Origin: Trichosphaerium sp. ATCC 40318
Taxonomy: Eukaryota > Protista > Tubulinea
Direction of reading: 5' to 3'
Length of the DNA stretch: 64,000 nt
NCBI GenBank assembly: GCA_038496445.1
Contig: JALMLS010000156.1
Coordinates: 62,001-126,000, forward strand
Shown: piece by piece, positions 41,259-54,609 of the stretch
Layout: every line of letters begins with the position of its first letter
How positions within the stretch are numbered: the stretch's first letter is position 1
The notes under the pieces: generated by a model
The model's input: only the letters and a program-made list of their open reading frames with translations
What the model was told of the DNA's origin: nothing
The model's database searches: none
Position numbers and translations under genes: made by a program

Positions 41259-42595
41259 ATGGCAGGCATTCAGGTATCAATAAACGTCTATGATCTGTCG
41301 CCTCACAATAAATACATGAACCCAATAGGGTTTGGAATTTACCACAGGTAAAAACGAAGCGCGTGTCTAACCTATTCACAACTAATAACGTGTAGTGGTG
41401 TACAAATAAACGGCAAAGGTACAATTTATTTATAACTAATCAAAAAACCAATGCGATTACAGAAATAAGCTTTGGGTACCACGAGTACAACTTCCCTGGT
41501 ATATTCGATATAGCACCAAAAACTGCTCCAGGTATGCTTGTATTTACTTTAAATAGCGTCGAAACTACCTCATACTAACATTAATAATAGGGGCTATATT
41601 CAGGTTGGGTTTTAAACTGTATAGCGTTAGCTAATATGATTATAGAGAGAATATACACTTGGGAACAACTTCCAAAACACAAGAGGAGATTAAAGCTATT
41701 CTTGTTGATATGGGTAAATCTTTTATTGGTTGCCGTTATAACATGCTTCATAAGTACGTAATCAGCAGTCTTTTACCATTTTAGGACGCCAATCAAATTT
41801 ATTTTTTTCTTCGCCTGTGTTACCAACAGCGCTCTCTTCGTGTTTGTTGAGCTAACGACAATATTCTATTGATTGTATACCACTTGTTTAAAGAAAAACT
41901 GCAACGACAACAGCCCCATGGGCGTAGTTTTCGAAATAGAATTTTACTGCAGCTTAAAAAAAAATAGTGCTAACCACCTCTTGTCTTGTAGGAATTGTAA
42001 TCACTTTTGTGATGCGTTTTTGAAACGTTTAATAAATAGAGGTTTACCAAGGTGGGTTAATAGACTTGCATGGTATGGTGGTACGTTGTTTTAACACCAA
42101 ATTTTCGAACCGGAACAAATATTGTTTTTTGACACATTGCATTTTTCTTTTGACACGTCATATTCAACTCTTTGAAAAAATGACTTTACTCAAATCCCAC
42201 TGCTGTAAATTTGAATTATTAACATACTCTTCTATTAGGTGCATTTGAGTGCTGGCTACCAGATAGCTTAACGGGCAAAGATCGCCCTGATACGCCAACA
42301 GGCGCTAATGTTCAACAAGAAGAACGATACGTTGCATACAGCGGTCAAGGATATCGCTTATCATCCAGTGATCAAGCCCAAATTGATCTAGACGATTATG
42401 AGGATATTACACTATCCAGAGAAGAAAAACGCCGTATAATGGCAGAGGTACAAACCCTAAAGATATTAATTACTTTTTCTGTTGCAGCAAAAGTTATGAC
42501 AATTTAAATCCCACTATTTGTTCGTACTGTGTCTTTTGTTTTCCTCACAATATTATTAGGCTACAACAAAGAGATTGATACGACATCCTGCCTAA
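41259..42595 (+). CDS. PPPDE/DeSI peptidase (DESI2-like) with C-terminal p97-binding-like motifs
   Basis: INVYDL, GIYHSGV, EISFG, YNMLHKNCNHF, LPRWVNRLA; tail AYSGQGYRL and EEKRRIMAEATTKRL. Confidence 0.92.
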
Positions 42596-42784
42596 TATTG
42601 TTGTGCAGTTTAAAACAATCGCAAGTGACGCTGATGATCAAAAAAAAAGTGCCTTATGTAAAATAGTTTAAGTCAAAGTCTCGTGTTGGTTTTTGTAGTT
42701 TTGTCATTTAAACACCACAACTAACGGATCGTTGTTGCGTTGACAGCATCAATAGCATTTATACGTCCATAAAAAGCAACAATA

Positions 42785-45770
42785 ATGGGAAATACCAACA
42801 GTAGCCCTTCATCAGTTGAAACAGTTCACTTCACAACGGTTTTACCATCAGTAGAGACAATCATTGTCGGTTAGTTGTTTTTGTAACAAAAGCATTAAAA
42901 TTACATCTAGAGTATAAAATCCCATAACCCTACGCTCTTGGAGCGTTTTAGGGTATTTGTTCAAACTTAAAACAAAATTCATGCGTTTTGTCTTCAAACA
43001 CCCGAAACTGTATTTTCAGGTTTAAAAAACCCTACGTTTAGTATTTAACACTTCTTTAATAATAGTTTAGGACAGTACTTACAACCATACTTCGATGAAA
43101 CAGTTGAGAAAGCGCGAAGTCGCCTTACACAAGAGCAAATCGCCAAGGTACGTTGTCTTTACCTCACTGAGTTCAACCATTGTGCACTTTCCTTCTTTTC
43201 GATTGTTTTTGGAAAGTGCCACGTGACCAAGTATCTATTTTTTCAAGGAGCAGTAACCTTCTCGTTTTTAACATGCTGTAGCTAAAAGAAGTACTGGGGG
43301 ATTCTCCTTCTAGAGAAGTTGCGGATGTTCGTCATAAAATAAGCAAGCCATTACCTGAGAGTGCATCGGATACAGCCAAAGCAGTTCTTAATTTTACAAT
43401 GTGCAATGTTCCTAAAGTGATAGAGGTAGCTTCATAGTAACCAAAGTTAGCACTAATTACCGTCTTAGTATCTAGAGAAAGGCGGGGATCCTAATCTTAT
43501 GATAGATGATAAGTCTTTTGGATGTAAGTGGATGGGCAAGTTTTACGCAGGTATGAATGAGAATTTGTTTCAAAAACCTAATCTATCGAATAAGGTTCAT
43601 GGACTTGTATGAATGGTCGTCTTAATGGTGTCAATTATTCTCGCCGTATTTGTTCCGCTGATGCTATTAATTGTATGCATCATGCATTGTTGCATGGTGG
43701 AAAGATTGGATCGGAAGTCGTTGAAGATTACAACAATGGTAAATGTTGTAAAGAAACAAAGGAGTTCTTAGACAAGGTTTTCTCTGTTATCGATAAAGAC
43801 GAGCTTCCAAGTCTTCGTCAAGTCAATACACAACACTATGAGGTTTGAATTAAACAATTATATATAATGCTAAGTCGTTACTTTAGTTTAAAGTTTCAAA
43901 GGTGATCAAAGGCGACAAGGAACTTGAAGGACAAGTTCTTCATGTCAAAACAAAATCACAAAAAAAAGGAGGAAAATTTCGTATGTTCTCTTTTTAATCT
44001 CAGATGTTTTACGCCTGACCCTTAACTTTAGCTATACCTCAATTCATCAACACTATGCTCTTTGTTAACGAAAAAAAAGAGCTTGAGTTTTATGGTGCAC
44101 CTTGTATGTTTGATAAACCAACAGAAATACCTGACATACAAATTGACGATTTTGAGAAATTCCCAATACGTTTACAACATTTACACTCAAGTAAAGCTTT
44201 CTTCCCTAGCATTGTATTTTCTTCTCAAGTACGTGGTAGTATTTCTTTTATTGGCGTAACCGTGTTGGTTGCCATCATTTCACCTTCACGAGGTATGAGG
44301 CTAATGAGGTTCTTTGTTTAGGTTAAACAACTGGTTGAATCAGGATCACTTGTTCTTGATTTTAAAGGAGGCCTTAAACACTTGACAGGTGTAAAAGATA
44401 ATCCAATAGTTGTATCTGAAGATGAATTATGCCTAAGCTTCAAGTTCAACTGTACAACAAATGAAATAACTGAAGTGAATGGAACACTTTGGGATGCGTT
44501 TTCTCCTGATTTGAAGAAAAAATCACCAAAGCTCAAACAACAGACACTGTCGACGTTCTCGTTATCATTTATTGGAACAACGTTCCAAAAGCCTCCATTG
44601 ATACTACGCACACGAAAACTTATTCTACAAGGTGATATAGTCGGTGTGAACAAAGGTACAAAGTCAACTCAGTGAGCACAGCCATTGACTCGTCTTTAGA
44701 CTTTGGATTTTCTCTTTGCTTCTCTGTACGACAACCAACACTTCTTACCAAATGGGAGTTTAGAAAGTTCTGTGGTGATCCTAAATGTGTCAATGTTTAT
44801 CGCAGTATCGATATTGAGTTAGATATTGATAACGATGAACCCTCAGAAGTCATAGAAGGCATACAAGACAAACTATCGGTAAGTAAATTAATAATAAAAA
44901 ATTGCTACAACTTAGCAGTTTCTACTCTAATGCGTCTTAGATTACTATTGGAAAACACCCCGTAGTATCACCAAAAGATAGCGCTGATGACATATCGAGT
45001 GTACCTATCATAGGTGAACTTGTTGGAGCTTTTGCAGCGTTTGGTGGTGGTAACTCAAAGAAACAGCGTATGATTGCAGCTGACAGCGAAGTCATTCTAA
45101 AATATGAGCCTCCACAAAAGTTAGAACTTATAGAAACTATTAAGATGTCTGATAGAGGTATGTCCATAGCAATGGTGAATTCAACACCGTGTATTCGTTT
45201 ATCTAGATCTAATGTATATTTGTAGAACGATTTGTACAAGAGTTGTACTTGAAGAAAAAATCTCTGTATCTGGCTATTCTGAAATCACGTGATTGTGCCT
45301 TCCCTGTTCGTTCTGTACGAATTGGAAATGTTATTTATGAGAATTGGGATGGAGCTATGAGTATGCACTCTATTAGTATGATGCGCCCGTCAGAGAATCT
45401 ACGACACATGTTGCTCCAATTGAACCAACAACCGAGCCAAAAAAAGCAAAACCTCCAAAGTACGAAAAACAACCGTAAATGAATTTTGTTAAAGTTTGGT
45501 TGTAGGCCAGTTGAACAGAAAGCTACCACTTCACCGGGATTATCTAATGATATCACCAGCCTCACTCTTTCCCTTGAGTTACTTTCTATGGATGTAAGAG
45601 CATCACGTGATGAGGTAAAGGCATTAAGAGTACAACAAGAAAAACAAAAAAAAGAATATGATGAACAAGTTAAATCGATTGCAATACGAGAAACAAATAC
45701 AACACAATTACTTAAAAGTGTAGAGACAATGCTTAAATCTCATAACACTGGGCTTTGTACTATACTATAA
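42785..45770 (+). CDS. Uncharacterised multi-exon protein with N-myristoylation-like start and CaaX end
   Basis: Begins MGNTNSS; exons join through PVRS|YDAPV..PPK|PVEQK to a coiled coil ending GLCTIL-stop. Confidence 0.65.
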
Positions 45771-46192
45771 AACCATGCTTCAAAATAAAATGTTTCTTTC
45801 GTTTTGACTAATAAAAAAACTCCTTCAAAATTCCTAGCAAGCTTCATTGGCAAAACAGTAGTTTTTGTAATACTCTGTACTTAATATATCCGGCCTTGGT
45901 ACCCTTACAGTTTTCGTTACTACTTTAATACAACTTTACTCTTACGCCCATTCTCCATGCCTTGTTTACAAGTTTTTGATCATTCAATTGTGCACGTGTT
46001 TTCATGTGAATCCCATGCGTTTTCTGCTTCAGATCTCTGAAATGCAGTGAAAAACATGAAGACGCTGTTGGAATATGCTTGCTAAAAAAAGTTCCTTACA
46101 GTAATCTGAGTCTACTTAGTGACGCCCTGGTTTCGGTGCACACCTGCCCTGGCATTTTGCGGAGACGACAACAAATATCTTTGCTCCCAGAT

Positions 46193-48477
46193 ATGGCGTC
46201 ACCTTATCTTACTATTGTTCTAGCAATACTCGTGTTGATACAGTTATCAACATGCCAGGAGTCTCCCATTGAATTCAGACCAGGAGCATTCGCTGGCATA
46301 GCAAACAGAAACGATGGCACTGTTAGCATCATTGACGATGTTTCGGAGGAAATAGTCACCATAGAGATCAATGGGACTGATTCTGAACCAATGTTAGTAA
46401 TTTTTTCAACAAAAAAGATATTTTCACTTTCGTCTAAAATTACCCACGTGATTGTTTTGTTTTTTTACTTGTTCTGCGTTTTAATTTTAATGTAAAAATA
46501 GGTACTTTTCTTTCGATAATTTAAATGACCAAGCTTGGGTTGGAGATAGACGACATAGCATAATATACGCTTTCAAAACTGCCGATCTAGCTCCTGGTGT
46601 ACAACCAATAGCCGAGGTATTTTATCACATCATAACAAAAGGTAATAATCTAGTGCTAATACATCGCTGTAGATACAAATAGACGAAGGTATTTTTCACA
46701 TGTTTTCGAATGGGAAACAACTTTGGTATGTTCATCCACGTAAATCCACGATATGTTTTTTAACGTTGTGTCTATAGGGTGTGTAGTGACGTTGCAAATA
46801 CTATGAGTGTTATAAAACTGGATAGCTATGAGGTGTTAAAAGTGATAGATATGAATATTCTTCCAAATAACATTGCTGATGACTTCAAATGTCATGATCT
46901 CGTATCGACAGTACAAGGGATAGCGTTCGTAAGGTGAGTGGAGTATTTTTATGTTACATGTTTACTAAGCCGCTTAATACTAGCATGCTCGCAAAGGATG
47001 ATATTAACAGAGAAACTGGGTATATAGCTAGTTTTGATACAGTCACTTTTGAGCTCTTGGTAGGTGATTTCTTCTTTTTACAAAAAGTTCATTTAAAAAA
47101 ACTGCCTTTCGAGTTTTGGGCCTCTCCAGTAGGCTCCTACGCTAAACCATTAGTGAGAGAATACTCTGCTTTAACTACAAATTAATTAAAAGTTTACTAT
47201 GCACAAACTAACACGTGGATAATAGAGAGTTGTCGAGACTTGCGGTGATCCTCACGTATTTCATAATCAACAAGGTAACACTCTATCACAAGATCTATGG
47301 TCCCCTTGTCAAGTACCTGGAAGAATAACTCGTTTTGATCTTGATTTGAACGAAATCGGCTCGTGGGAATACCCTGGAGTACATGGTAAGTGCGATGAAG
47401 TGTAATAGAAAGAAACTTAACTTCCTTAAAGGAATTTTCGGAGACCCTAAAAACGAGTTCCTTGCTGTCGGTTCAATTACTAATGACGGCGTGGATGCTG
47501 CTAGAACATTACCTGTAGATGATCCAGGGAATTTTATGAGCATCAACACACAAGTTCCAAGGCCACACAACTTTGCGTACAGCCAAGACGGGTCAAAGAT
47601 ATTCATCACATACAGCGGTGCTAGAACTCAAGTAAGCTCTCACTCAGCTTGATCTTGTTGGCTTTTATTTATCTGTTTGTTGTAGGTTGAGATTGTAGAT
47701 ATTGATGTAGCTACTGGAGGACCAGCAGGAACTTCAAGAGTTGTAGAAACTGGGGAGAATCCATTCGGAATCATGTTGATTCCAAAAGTTGTGGCTCCTA
47801 CAAATCCTAGCTTCGATGTCACTGGGTTGACTCTAATAGATAGTACTGATGGTTCAGTTGTAGCCGTATTAGATCTTAGCCAGCCTTATACCGAGATTGA
47901 ATTCGCACCAAACTTGGCGTACAGGTTGGAAGCAACAACTCAAAATAACGATGTGGAGATTTTTATGTTGGTACTCACAGAACGCTCAGCGTACGGCCAT
48001 AAGCGACTTTCAGAAATAAACGCATTGACTTTACTCTAGAGGATTTAATGTAGATGACTCTGCACCTTATGAGTCTTTCGTTTTTGAACCTCTTGAAGGA
48101 GAAGTAAGTGTTGAACTTAAGTCTTAAGCCTTACAACTTTTTTAGGTTTACATTGAAATCATCCCGAGATCACGTGCTAGTGGAGATCTAGGAGAAAAAA
48201 TACTTCATAAACTTCTAGTACAACAACCAGAAGATGATTTCCTATGTTTATCACCACATATTGAAGAAGATGGTTCTTGCAAGTATGTGACGAACAATTT
48301 CGTAACAAACTTTGTAACTCATTTCTTTTTTGTAGCTGTGTGACCTTTTCGTGTGAGTATACAAGCCATGGTGTTATCAACTGTGATACATCGGCATGGT
48401 ACTGTGCTTTCTTTCATAGTAGACCAGAAAGCGTTCATGTTAGTTATCGTGGAAGTATGTGCACTTGTATGCTTTAA
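46193..48477 (+). CDS. Secreted YVTN/YncE-like beta-propeller protein with Cys-rich tail
   Basis: Signal peptide; IANRNDGTVSIID, EPM, GIFHM, PHNFAYSQDGSKIFITYSG, ETGENPFGI. Confidence 0.75.
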
Positions 48478-49698
48478 ACCAATAAACAACCTTTTTTTTT
48501 GCAATTCTGTCAGTCCCACAAACATGAGACTCTGTTTACAAACTAATATTAAGTGTCCAAAATTGGTCTCTTAAACAACTTGCCAGACCAAAAAGGCCGC
48601 TTCAATTACTTGGATAACACTTGTGGTGTTGTTGTAGGTAAGTTCATAGGCCAAATCATAGATACTAAATACCAACTGTTGACTTTTTGTTCGAGATGTA
48701 CAAAATAACGCTTGCACTTAGGTTACTTGTTGTTAGGTGAAAACAAGTATCATTGACAGTGATGGAGAAATTTTGTTGAGTTTTAGCCTGCACTCTCATT
48801 AGGATACCATGATGTCTCTCAAGCAATAATTCTCGGGAAACATCGAGATTCACAACAGTTGTGTGGCGCAATTTTTGACCTAGTTCGACTAGGTTTTCGT
48901 CGTACTATTCTTTCGGAAAAGCGAAAAGCTCTGATGTTGGCAGACTCTACAAAAACATGAAAATACTGAGATAAGAACGAAGGCATGCTTCACGTATTAC
49001 TTTAAACAAATAATAAGCCATAATCACATTTCGACAAAAAACAAACTGTGCAACACGAAGATGCAGTTTTAAATCTCTAAATATGACAAAAAGTGCTCTA
49101 CTGATTTCAATGTATTCTGTTAATACTCGAAACGTAGACTAAAAGATCGAGTAGCTGTCTTTGTGCTTATATTTGTACGAAAATTCATGAAATTCCGCAA
49201 AGTTCGGGTTTTTCGCGCGTGGCACTTTTTGTAGAAGATAAAAATGCCAACAACTGTACAAGTAATTCCGTTACACCCTATTGGACCTAATAAAGATATA
49301 ATAAGGCAACATGAACATATTCCAATCAAAAAACAGCCACGGAAAGCAAACAGAGTATCTAACACGAATAGCAATCATAGAGTGCGAGTAGTTGCCACAA
49401 CCCTATTTCGGAAGGTATGAAGTTAAAAGAGGTAGTCCCAACACATCAAACATTCAATCATTACGGAGGGCTAACTACTACAACTTCTAAAAAAAATATG
49501 GAAAATAAATGGATAACACAACCATTTCTTCTTCCGCGCTTTTTACAGTTGTTTTTTTTTTTTTCAACTTCTTTATTTCACAATTTCTTTCAGTTGGTTT
49601 TTGTTAAACCAATTCATAAAGTATTTACATATTTTCTTGTTATAGAAGGTTGTACAACTAATCGACGAAAGTTTTTCAAAAAAACTTATTTTCAAAAT

Positions 49699-51555
49699 CT
49701 AAGCAAACGTTGTATCAATGCTCACAGCAACGTCCACTGATGCATCCCCTGTATCTAGTGTCTCTGGTTTAAACGAATCTTCATCACTTGTTTCAACGCT
49801 AGATTCTTCATCTTCCTCTTCAATGGAGGCAACTACTTCTTCACCTTCTTCTGAAGAACCGTACATAAATTTTTTTGTTGTAGTTTCAAGCACTGTTGAG
49901 TCATGTACTTTTGTGCCGTCAATACCACTTATAATAACTGTTGATCTCATTGAATGCTTGCCATAGGCGTGTTTCCACTCTCTTAATACGCTTTCATTAA
50001 GCCCGTATACTGTACAAAGAATTAGATATACAAACAATACTAGGCGAATAACACCAAAAAATGTTTCTTACTTATTGCGTTTAAGGTGCCCATGCCGGCT
50101 AGAGTAAAGTGATGAAACATTACCAAGAGGAAGAGTCGTGTTCTCGCAGGTTTAGGCTCTATTATGGTCCACACACGAAATAGTGAAGGACCAATAAAGA
50201 CAACAACAAACATTACTGGATAGTAAACAAATTTTTGCAACTACAATGAAAAAGGTTAGAACGACTGCTTTTCCTATGCTTTGTCAAATACGTACAGCAC
50301 GTTTTTTAATAGTATATTCTTTTCCTCCTTTCTCAATAGATAGTGATTTATAATACCTTGAAGTCAAAATATACCTAAAACGAGAATCAGTGCTACGAAG
50401 TCTTTTTGGCTTGAAAATTGCTTATTTCAGAAAAATAATCAGTATTTTGTTGGGTTTGAGTTTCCTCTTCAAGGTACTTAAGAAGACCGTCGTTGTGTCA
50501 TCATAATAGTACACAATGTTGTTTTTTAAAAGTCAAACAGAAAAAACCGGAAAAACAGCCCGATACGGACTTTTTACGTACATTACAATACATACTATCC
50601 ACATAATCCAAACTTGGATATAATAAAATATCATCCTGTAGTTACCACCAAGGTCTTCATTAACCCAACACCTTTAAAAAGAGAAGGTCAGAAATCATGT
50701 GGACAACTTCATGTCAAAAAAAAAATTCAAACAATAAAAAATATTATACCATTGCCCAGCTGGTCCGTATAACGTAAAAAATATTGGAAACGCTGTGTCT
50801 ATTAGCACTATAGTATATCCGATAATAATCAATATCGTTACTGCTTGTCTTGTAGCTGATTTGCCTCTAAAATCCAAAACTTGTCAGAACCAAATATTTT
50901 CTCCGCTAATGTGAAAAAAATAATCAAAACGAAATTTACCTTGTAACGAGAATGTACAGTGCGATAGCGATGAAAGCGGGCCAAATTCCTCCTTGTATAC
51001 CACCACCTTGCACAAAAACGCCCTACGACGTAATTTAACAACTCGTATAACTCCGTAAAAATGTAATCAAAGCGTTTTTGAAAAGATTACGCAAAAAAAA
51101 AACAATTACGTTCACACTATTTGAGTATGTTTAAACAATTTCGTACTTGTACTACGCATCTAGTGGTACTCTCTTGTGTTCCGTTTTCAAATATTGGCAA
51201 ACCAACGAGCTACAGGAGTAAAGTTAGATAGAACGGCTTGTCATTGTTTTGACGGCTTATTCGCGTTTAGACAGAAAGAGTTTTGTCTATTTCTTTCTGA
51301 ACAACAGTTAAAACAACGTACCAACGCTAACGAGAATACTAGATTGCCTACGGCCATAACAGCAACTAACTTGCTTATTGCTGAGCGAAGTCTAGGGAAG
51401 AAAGTATAATTGCTTAGAATAAACAACTGGGACACTATCGACGCCAACGCCAATACGATAACCAATGAATCTACAATCGTGCTTTGAGTAGCTGATAAAC
51501 CCTCTCCATTATCTACAGGGTCAGTTGTGTTACTTGTCCCATTGTTTGACAACAT
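49699..51555 (-). CDS. cAMP-receptor-like / GCR1-like 7TM receptor
   Basis: TM1 with FPRLRSAISKLV, YGPAGQWCWV, KFVYYPVMFVVVFIGPSLFR, GTLNAI-VYGLN; acidic tail. Confidence 0.85.
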
Positions 51556-52963
51556 AATGAACGCCTTTAAAGGTTCGCTTGCTACTCTACAAAAGCTTGT
51601 CCGCGAATTTTGTCTTAATCGGGAAGTATCGCATCATACTTCATATTGGTTGCAGCATCGGAGTAATTGGATTATTGTTACGCCTGTACAGCATCGTTTG
51701 CTACCCTCCAATATAAATAGCGAGGTTTCGCTGTTTTGTTGTATGATATCGAGTTTCCTTTTGCAGTACTAAAGCTCTGTAGTACTGCCTATTACAGTAG
51801 GCTGTACGAAAATGGTAGAAACGAGAGGTACGTTCTTGGTGGTTGAGCCAACTTCTCCCAACTCAAACCGGATTTTCTGACGACTGGGTCTGATCTAGTA
51901 CTGCCGAAGAAGATAGTACTTTGAGCAGGGAAAACTGTATTTTCCCAGCTTGTGTTTACGTGTTTCAAGAAAATCCTGGAAGCGAGTAGACGCATAAAAA
52001 CAATGATTAGAATACTCGGTCAAATAGTTGGTAGGTTTCTTTGCAACGGACTTTCAAACGGAGTTCGCTTTCCTTTTCAAGACGGTGCTCACTTACAAGG
52101 AAAACAGCTGCTTCAAGCCGAATGACTGTGCCTTCATAACCCTCGACCACCAATATTCGTAAATAAAACAAGGCAGCATCGAAGACTGAGTAAACAACAA
52201 TAAGGTAGATAAATAAGTTTTATTTCAGTTTTGTTTTAGAGTCACAATATTATTGCTGTCTTCGTCTACTCGGTAGTTATTTGGTGTAGTCCATGTGTCT
52301 CGAGCGATATCTATAAACGGTATAAGCGTCTATCATAAGAAATTTTCTAAAGTATTAAAAACTAATTTAATTACTGTCCTCAGTGCGGAACTCATACATC
52401 AGTAAATCAAAGCTTAGAGAATTTAACTCATCACAGGACGGGTTTTTTTGAAATAATTTTTTGGTGAAATCAAGCGAAGAGATAACACGTACCGAAGTGT
52501 TAAATGTGTGGCAAGTGCGTCTACGCGCGCGATTTGTACTTGATTCTCAGGTATTCAGTATTATCACTGATGAACCTTAACGCGATGTGAGTAAAGGGAA
52601 CAGACTGTCAAAATTTTGTTGATTTTTGTTTGAAAATGTAGCGCAAGTAAGTAATAGATCAAGCCCCTCTAATAGAGCAAGAACGTCGCACAAGTGCCGT
52701 TGATTTAGCCTCGTTTAAGTTTGTATTTAAAAAAACGGAAGAGATGATAGAGTCAACTAATACCGCACGATGCAAAGGCATTGAAAGCAAAATGAAGGAA
52801 AAAGTCGAGATAAAAACAAAAAAAATCGTACCATAAGTTCGCTTTTGAGCGTAGAGTGTGAAGGAGTGCTTCTTCGTGCAGTTTGTATCAGTTTAACTAT
52901 GTTCGATGAGTTTTTGTAGAGAGAAAAAAGCAAGATGCGAAAGTTTTTGCTCTTTTTTGAGCC

Positions 52964-53062
52964 TCAGAGTGTAACGGTTATATCTTCCCGCGGTAGCCAC
53001 CCTATGTGGGTGGGTTCAATCATCCAGGGTGCTACCACTCGTATCGCAATTTGACATCATCG
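52964..53062 (-). ncRNA. Candidate structured ncRNA (box C/D snoRNA-like)
   Basis: GC-rich hairpin 52992-53036 between a C-box-like GATGATG (about 53061) and a D-box CTGA (52967-52964) on the minus strand. Confidence 0.25.
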
Positions 53063-53337
53063 ATAGGAAGCGTAGATGGTTTTATTGAAGGAAAAGAGTC
53101 GCACCTCATCGTTTAGATGGTTTAAAGTAGTAGTAAGCTAGCTTCCTGGTTTTTTAACAAGTATCATTTGTGCTGTGTTGTATAGCTGTAATGCTTGGCA
53201 ATTATGATTTTCAAAGCGAGTCTTTCAGGCGAGAAAAAAAAGTACCGAAAACTTGGGTATTTTATTTACGTGTCAAAAGAATGTCAGCTATTTACATACT
53301 ACACCAAGTGTAGCTCTACTAAATGCGCGAGCGATTT

Positions 53338-54501
53338 TTAAACGATTTCTGTAGGTTGTGTTTCTTTAAAGGCTTGTTCTGCCGTGGCAGCAGCACCTCG
53401 ACTTAGAATAGATCCAAAAGCGCTTCCTACAATGGAACCTAATACAATGTCAGAAGACGGCAGTCAAAGTGAGGATTTAGGCGAGAAAACTAAATGGCCC
53501 AATGAGTTTATTTCCTATTATTTTACCTGCGTCGCCTGGAGCCTACAGGTGGATTAGAAAACAGTTTGAAAGCGCTTTGAGTTAGACACTTTTTGGTGAA
53601 AATTTTATTGAATAAGAAATAAAAGCGAGATACGTACCGCGTCTAGTGTGTCAGGGAACCACATAGCAAGTAAAACATGCAATATACCTGCACACATAGC
53701 TAAGATGCCACAAATCTTGCCTACGAGGCCAATACCAATCGCCAAAGCACCGAAACTATTTTCATATCAACTTTTTCAAACAAGCACATGTCAAAATCTT
53801 TTCTCAATAATAGAGGCATTCATAGCGTGCCAGAGTATTTTTCATGGCTTTATCTCTGATAAGAATGTACGTACAATACCAAGTATAAACCTCTACCGTG
53901 ATACGTGTGTAAGAAAGGGAACCATTCAAGTGCCATACGGTGCCATACAGGGATTGGTACTATCGCTACGAAGAGCCCGACACCAGAACCGCTTTAAAAT
54001 CTGAGTGAGATTTAAATTAGCGTATTGGTATGCGTACGCGACGTATAAGCACACTATAAAATAAACAATATCAAGCGTCAGTTTAAACAAGCCGAAAAAT
54101 CCAACGAATACCAAGCCTAGTATGAAGTTAGCGTGGTTTGCGTGGCGCCGGTGATAGAAAATGCGTTGTTTGCCGGTTGGTGATAAAATCGTTCTTCATG
54201 CGTCTATAAGCGCCTCACGTACCTAAACTACACAAAGAGGACAGAATGAGTAATAAGCCTGTTCTGTTTTTATTTGCAACGTATTTTCTTACTGTTCCCT
54301 TCACGAAACCATCTAATTGTAATATCAGAGCGTGGAAAGTTGGATTGGCACATTACAAGATTGTAAAAGAAAATGTACTTTGTTTTATTTGTTAGGCGTA
54401 CCATTAACAGTTGGTGCGTGCGTAACAGGCTCCATTGGCTGTATTTCTTCATTTTCATCAAAGTAATCAACTCTGGTAACAAGAGGTTTGGCGTCCGTCA
54501 T
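53338..54501 (-). CDS. COPI-associated / TVP15-like Golgi membrane protein
   Basis: Spliced exons give 3-4 TMs with FPFLHTYHGRGLYLVF-FGALAIG; includes a 16-nt micro-exon near 53528-53543. Confidence 0.75.
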
Positions 54502-54609
54502 CGAAGGCTGTATGATTGATTGCGAGTGGGGTATTGGAAACGCTTAAGCGTTGAAAAGACAGGAACGATGCTTCTGTGAAAGACAAGCTTAGTTAAACCT
54601 TCTGCGTTG
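54502..54609. promoter_or_regulatory. Bidirectional promoter (TVP15-like / Arb2-like)
   Basis: 108 bp between divergent ATGs. Confidence 0.5.

Noticed and set aside
52960-53036. tRNA or tRNA-derived SINE (A-box-like AGTGTAACGG, B-box-like GGTTCAATC)
   Set aside because: The T-stem and acceptor stem do not pair in tRNA geometry.
53036-53070. 5.8S rRNA-like words (ATCGATGA, TGCGATACG) on the minus strand
   Set aside because: Short matches with wrong spacing and no other rDNA nearby.
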